From an uncultured Myxococcales bacterium (lineage in GTDB: Bacteria > Myxococcota_A > Polyangia > Fen-1088), in contig CALAOV010000140.1 in the NCBI GenBank assembly GCA_937889515.1, positions 1 to 58,336 on the forward strand: a stretch of 58,336 nucleotides of DNA. The letters are read 5' to 3'. A model generated the notes under the pieces. The model did no database searches, had not been told where the DNA came from, and saw nothing but the letters and a program-made list of their open reading frames with translations. Numbering within the stretch: position 1 is the first letter of the stretch; every line of letters starts with the position of its first letter. Below are positions 54,041-58,336 of the stretch, piece by piece. The position numbers were made by a program, and so were the translations under genes.

Positions 54041-55459
54041 TCAGCCCGCCCCGGCCGCGGCCAACACGGCCCAGGTTTCGTCGAGGAACCGAACCCGCCA
54101 GCCGTCGGCGCGCAATCGCGGAACCATCTTGGAGGATGCGGGCAAGAACACGCACCGGATTCCATAACGATCGAACGTCGGCCGATAGGGCCTGCCCGCC
54201 TCCAGGGCCACATCCTCGGCCAGGAGCGAGATCGGATAGGGGTCCTGCCGGTTGTCGATGAAGACCGGCTTTTCCGGCACGAACCAGATCAAGAAGCCCC
54301 CCTCGTAGAAGTGGTTGTAGACGGGGCCGGCGCAGGTCCGGAGCGCGTCCTGCGCGTCCGCAGAGATGGGGTGCCAGTGGAGGCGCTCGGCGTCCCGCTT
54401 CCAGCTCAGCACCACGATTCCCGCCGCAACCACCGCGATGCCCGCGAAGAGGACCAGATTGACGCGGGGGTGATCGGGGCTGGAGGGACGGTGCGGGATC
54501 GATCGCAGGCGAAACCGAAAATCCGGCCCCAAGAGCCGGCTGGCCGCCGGCGCGAGGATCATCAGGAAGGGTCCGATGTTCCGCATCGATCGAAAGGCCA
54601 GGGGCAAGATGGCGAGGGCCGACACGACGACGACGGTGTCGGCCCAGCTCGACCTCAGCCAGACGCGCCGACGCCAGATCAGCAGCCCGAGAAACCCCAG
54701 CGCCAGCAGCCAGAACGTCACCTCGAACGGGCCGGTCGGCCAGGGCGGTCCCCACTCGAGGATCTGCTCGGCGTGCAAACGGGCCGTCGACGCCAGCACG
54801 AAGCGGTAGATCCCGAAACCGAGCGGCGTCGCAGCCGTCGCCAGAGCCGCCAGGGGCAGCATCAGCCCGAACGCCTTCAGGCGCCCGCCATCGACGGCCT
54901 CCCGACTGCGCAGAACCCGCAGCAGGGCGCAGGCCGCCGCGGCCAGCAGGACCAGCCCACCTACCACCACGGCACCGTGGGCGTTCGCCCAGACCAAAAA
55001 TAAAACCGGAACGTAGCGATAACGCTCGCGGGCCAGCAGCCAGACCAAGACGACCAGCAGGGACATCGAGACGACCTGCGGCCGCAACACCCAGAGCAGA
55101 GCGGCCAGCGCCAGAATCGGCGCCATCAAAATGAGGCGCGTGGAAGACGGACCGACCATCAGTCGGGTGGTCAGACCGACGGCGACCCCGATCACCAGCG
55201 CCGCGCCGATCTCGAGCCCCGGCATGCCGCCCAGGTGAAAGCAGAGATACATGAACGCCTGCGACAGCCCCTCGTGATCGGGCCAGGGGAGTCCCGCGAC
55301 GGTGTGCGAATAGCTGTCGACGGTGGGGACGTGCCCCGTTCGCCAGATGTCCGCGCCCGCCCTCAGGTGCCAAAACGTGTCGCTCTGCGCGGGCATGAGC
55401 AGAGCCAGGATCGCGAGACCGATCAGCACCAGCCCCAGCGTCATCCGTTCGAAAGTCAT
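54041..55459 (-). CDS. GT-C-like multi-pass membrane protein, paralog 2
   Basis: DTFWHLRAG, WPDHEGL, VWANAHG, EWGP, YNHFYEGGFLIW, VFIDNRQDPY. Confidence 0.75.
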   Translation of the reverse strand: MTFERMTLGLVLIGLAILALLMPAQSDTFWHLRAGADIWRTGHVPTVDSYSHTVAGLPWPDHEGLSQAFMYLCFHLGGMPGLEIGAALVIGVAVGLTTRLMVGPSSTRLILMAPILALAALLWVLRPQVVSMSLLVVLVWLLARERYRYVPVLFLVWANAHGAVVVGGLVLLAAAACALLRVLRSREAVDGGRLKAFGLMLPLAALATAATPLGFGIYRFVLASTARLHAEQILEWGPPWPTGPFEVTFWLLALGFLGLLIWRRRVWLRSSWADTVVVVSALAILPLAFRSMRNIGPFLMILAPAASRLLGPDFRFRLRSIPHRPSSPDHPRVNLVLFAGIAVVAAGIVVLSWKRDAERLHWHPISADAQDALRTCAGPVYNHFYEGGFLIWFVPEKPVFIDNRQDPYPISLLAEDVALEAGRPYRPTFDRYGIRCVFLPASSKMVPRLRADGWRVRFLDETWAVLAAAGAG

Positions 55460-55469
55460 GCCTGCGGCC

Positions 55470-56927
55470 TCACCCGCCACCGGGAGCCACCAGGACGGAC
55501 CAGGTGTCGTCGAGGAATCGTGGCCGCCATCCGTCGGCACGCAGCCGGGCGGACATCCGCGAGGAGGCCGGCAGAAACGCGCACCGGATCCCGTAGCGAT
55601 CGAACACCGGGCGGTATGGCGCGCCGCTCTCGATCGCGAAATCCTGCTGCACGAACGAAGGTGGATAGGGATCCCAGCGACCGTCGATGAACACCGGCTT
55701 TTCCGGCGCGAACCAGATCAACATCCCGCCTTCGTCGTACTGGTTGTACAGCGGGCCCGGACAGGCACGTACCGCCTGCAGCGCCCCGTCGCCGATCGGA
55801 TGCCAGCCGAGATGCGCGGATGCGCCCGTCCACCCGAGTGGAACGAGCCCGATCGCCAGCAGGCAGGCTGCCGCCAGCAACACCAGGTTCGCACGCGGAT
55901 GATCGGGGCTGGGCGGACCCGCGCGGCGGCTCGGGCGAAATCGAAAGTCGGGGCCCAGCAGGCGGCTCGCGGCCGGCGTGGCCAGCAGCAGGAACGGCCC
56001 GATGTGGCGCAGCGAGCGGACCGCGAAGGGCAGCGCCGCCAGCGCCGCCGCGCACACGACCCAGTCGGTCCAGCTCCCCGCCGCGAGGGCGCGCCGCCGC
56101 GCGATGAGGAGGACCACGAACGCCAGCGTGAGCACCCAGAACGCGGCGCCCAGCAGGCTGTCGGGATGCGGCGCGTACCACTCGGTGATCTGCGCTCCGT
56201 ACGAACCGGCGCTGGCCGACATCAAGAATCGAAACATCTGGAAACCGAGCGGTGTCGCGGCACACGCCAACCCCGATAGCGGAAGAACGAGCGCCAGCGC
56301 GCCCGCCCGGCGTCGATCGGCGGGGGCGCGGCCGCCGAGTCCCCGCGCGATCGCGACCGCCGTGACGACGGTCAGCACCACCCCGCCGAGCGCGACGCCG
56401 CCATGCGCGTTGGCCCAGAACAGAAACAGCAGCGGGATGACCAGATACCGCTCGCGCACGAGCAGCCAGACCAAAAACGCCAGCAGGAGCAGAGAAAGGA
56501 TCTGCGGCCGCAGCGTCCAGACGCACGAGGAGACGGTGAGCCCGACCGCCATGAGCGCAAACCGCGTCAGCCGCGGCCCGACCATGAGCCGGTAGACCAG
56601 CGTGACCGTCGCCAGGATCAACGCGGCGCCGCCGATCTCGAGCCCCCGCATTCCGCCCGCCCGATAGGCGGCGTACATGAGCGCCTGGGACAGCCATTCG
56701 TGGTCGGGGTAAGGCGCTCCCGTCGCGGTGTACGAATACGAATCGAAGCGCGGGACGTGGCCGCTGCGCCAGATGTCGGCGCCGGCCCGCAAGTGCCAGA
56801 AGGTGTCGGTCTGCGCGGGCGTGAACGCCCCCACCACGCCGAAGGCGACGAAGAGGAGCCCGATCGCCATTTGATCGAACGCCAGGCCGCGCGTCGGACC
56901 GCCCGCCTGCGAGCTCATCGGCCTCAC
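55470..56927 (-). CDS. GT-C-like multi-pass membrane protein, paralog 1
   Basis: DTFWHLRAG, YPDHEWL, FWANAHGG, EWYAP, YNQYDEGGMLIW, VFIDGRWDPY. Confidence 0.75.
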   Translation of the reverse strand: MRPMSSQAGGPTRGLAFDQMAIGLLFVAFGVVGAFTPAQTDTFWHLRAGADIWRSGHVPRFDSYSYTATGAPYPDHEWLSQALMYAAYRAGGMRGLEIGGAALILATVTLVYRLMVGPRLTRFALMAVGLTVSSCVWTLRPQILSLLLLAFLVWLLVRERYLVIPLLFLFWANAHGGVALGGVVLTVVTAVAIARGLGGRAPADRRRAGALALVLPLSGLACAATPLGFQMFRFLMSASAGSYGAQITEWYAPHPDSLLGAAFWVLTLAFVVLLIARRRALAAGSWTDWVVCAAALAALPFAVRSLRHIGPFLLLATPAASRLLGPDFRFRPSRRAGPPSPDHPRANLVLLAAACLLAIGLVPLGWTGASAHLGWHPIGDGALQAVRACPGPLYNQYDEGGMLIWFAPEKPVFIDGRWDPYPPSFVQQDFAIESGAPYRPVFDRYGIRCAFLPASSRMSARLRADGWRPRFLDDTWSVLVAPGGG

Positions 56928-58045
56928 GCGATCATCGACTGGACCAGCGGGCGCTCGCGCAGGCGCCAGATACGGCCATCGAGCAGGAAATGATGAAGGT
57001 TGACGAAGCTGTTGATCGCGGCGGCGATCACCAGCCCTTTCGCGGCGCCGACGTCGCCGAACAGAAGAAAGACGCCCGGGTTGATGGCCAACCCCAGCAG
57101 CAGGACGACCAGCGCATAGCCCGCGAAGCGGCGGGGCCCGACGTCACCCTTGCCGTGGCAGGCGTGCCAGCTCGTGAGGCCAAGGTATTGAAGCGAGTGA
57201 AAGACCGGCACCAGCGTGATGGCAAAGAAGGGCCGGTAAAAGCCGATCGTGAACCAGAGCACCTGCGCCGAGAGGACCGCATAGAACTGCCCCGGCAACG
57301 GCACGCCGCGGCGGATCCGGCGTCGCGCGACCACGGCCACGCCGCCGAAGCTGACCGCCAGCGCCGCAAATCCGAGCACCGCGACCCATCCCGGAAGCGG
57401 CGGTCCGCCGTAAGCCCGTCGCACCAGCTCGTGCGCGGCGCTGCGCGCCGGAATCGCCAGGCGGAAGATACCCAGCACCGAAAGAGCCCAGGAGACGTAG
57501 AGCGGCAAGGAGACCATCCGCTTCTCCTTCGGATCGAGCCGAGCTCCCTGCCGCAGGGGATACAGCATCGCCAGCCCCAGCGACTGCCCCGAATAGTGAT
57601 ATCCCGACCAGCCGACGTAGAGCGCGAAGTAACCGAGACCGACACCGGCCGGATAGCGAACCGCCAGGATGGCCAACGCGATCAAGATCGGGGGCGCCGC
57701 CAGCGTCACCCAGGGGTGCGCCCGCACGACCGCCAGCGAGGTGTACGCGCGGCGGTAAGTCGCCGCGTAGTGCGGACCCACGAACAGCAGCACCAGGCAG
57801 AACGTCAGGGTCGCCGCGACACCGGAGGCGGCGCCGCCCATCCGTTGCAGCGCCAGCAGCAGACCTGCGACGAGCAGCGTCGCGCCCGGCCCGAAGCAAA
57901 AAAAATCGGGCGTGCGGCCGAGCAGGAAGCGATCGAACCGCGCACCCGCTGCCGCGTCCGGCACGGACGCCCCGACTTCGCCGGAGGCGCCGCCGCCTGC
58001 GCCCGCCGGGGCCGTTCGAGCGGTCGAGATGGGAGGAATGGTCAT
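56924..58045 (-). CDS. Multi-pass membrane protein with four His-containing motifs (putative membrane metalloenzyme)
   Basis: PHYAATYRRAY, WSGYHYSGQ, FHSLQY, HHFLLDGRIW; about 9 TMs; GTGA overlap with paralog 1. Confidence 0.7.
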   Translation of the reverse strand: MTIPPISTARTAPAGAGGGASGEVGASVPDAAAGARFDRFLLGRTPDFFCFGPGATLLVAGLLLALQRMGGAASGVAATLTFCLVLLFVGPHYAATYRRAYTSLAVVRAHPWVTLAAPPILIALAILAVRYPAGVGLGYFALYVGWSGYHYSGQSLGLAMLYPLRQGARLDPKEKRMVSLPLYVSWALSVLGIFRLAIPARSAAHELVRRAYGGPPLPGWVAVLGFAALAVSFGGVAVVARRRIRRGVPLPGQFYAVLSAQVLWFTIGFYRPFFAITLVPVFHSLQYLGLTSWHACHGKGDVGPRRFAGYALVVLLLGLAINPGVFLLFGDVGAAKGLVIAAAINSFVNLHHFLLDGRIWRLRERPLVQSMIA

Positions 58046-58072
58046 ATAATATCCGCAGAAAGAGCCAGAATC

Positions 58073-58336
58073 TTGAAACCGACCCTCCGGCTCGGAGCCG
58101 TGGCGCTGGTGGCCGCGTGCTGGCTGTCGGCCGGGAGCAGGCCGTTCGTCGACGCCCTGGCCGGCATCTCCCATCCGGCCGACCTGGCGCGCGACTACGT
58201 GACGGCCCGCGCGCGCCTCGAAGAGGGTCGCGGCCCGTCGCCCGACGGCGAGGATGGAAACCGGCGGGCCGCGCGCTACGGAGCCCCGGAGGGCGCCCTT
58301 TACGGCGCCCCGTATTACGTCCACCCCCCCCCCGCC
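58073..58336 (+). CDS. Probable GT87/DUF2029-like glycosyltransferase, 5' part (runs off the window)
   Basis: Manual translation from TTG 58073: TM helix, then ADLARDYVTARA...PYYVHPPP, matching the D..Y..A / Y.(Y/H)PP loop of GT87. Confidence 0.55.
   Translation, partial: MKPTLRLGAVALVAACWLSAGSRPFVDALAGISHPADLARDYVTARARLEEGRGPSPDGEDGNRRAARYGAPEGALYGAPYYVHPPPA

Overview
A 58 kb, very GC-rich (about 70% by eye) bacterial chromosomal segment. It is probably from a myxobacterium (Myxococcota/Polyangia-like), inferred from the ECF-FecR/TPR-lipoprotein cassette, Gly-rich lipoprotein linkers and the DksA/TraR variant. Housekeeping genes include lysA, argE, an NAGS-type gene, gap, coaX, rimO, groES/groEL, hisG, murA, dapL, pdxA and uvrA. 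Between them lie many secreted or lipoprotein genes, two clusters of paralogous GT-C-like membrane glycosyltransferases (32.8-41.5 kb and 52.5-58.3 kb), and three toxin-antitoxin-like modules flanking uvrA. No rRNA, tRNA, CRISPR array, integrase or transposase was recognised. The most notable observations are: (1) a secreted His/Cys-containing leader ORF ending in PKNSPP that overlaps an RNA hairpin just before the RBS of an SPFH lipoprotein, a candidate ribosome-stalling attenuator; (2) a membrane-anchored Fam20C/four-jointed-like kinase; (3) an NAGS/K whose kinase motifs appear dead; (4) three tandem OST-like GT-C genes; (5) a TAnnnT hexamer 6-9 nt before about 13 start codons, suggesting widespread leaderless transcription. 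All calls come from reading motifs by eye; no database searches were run.
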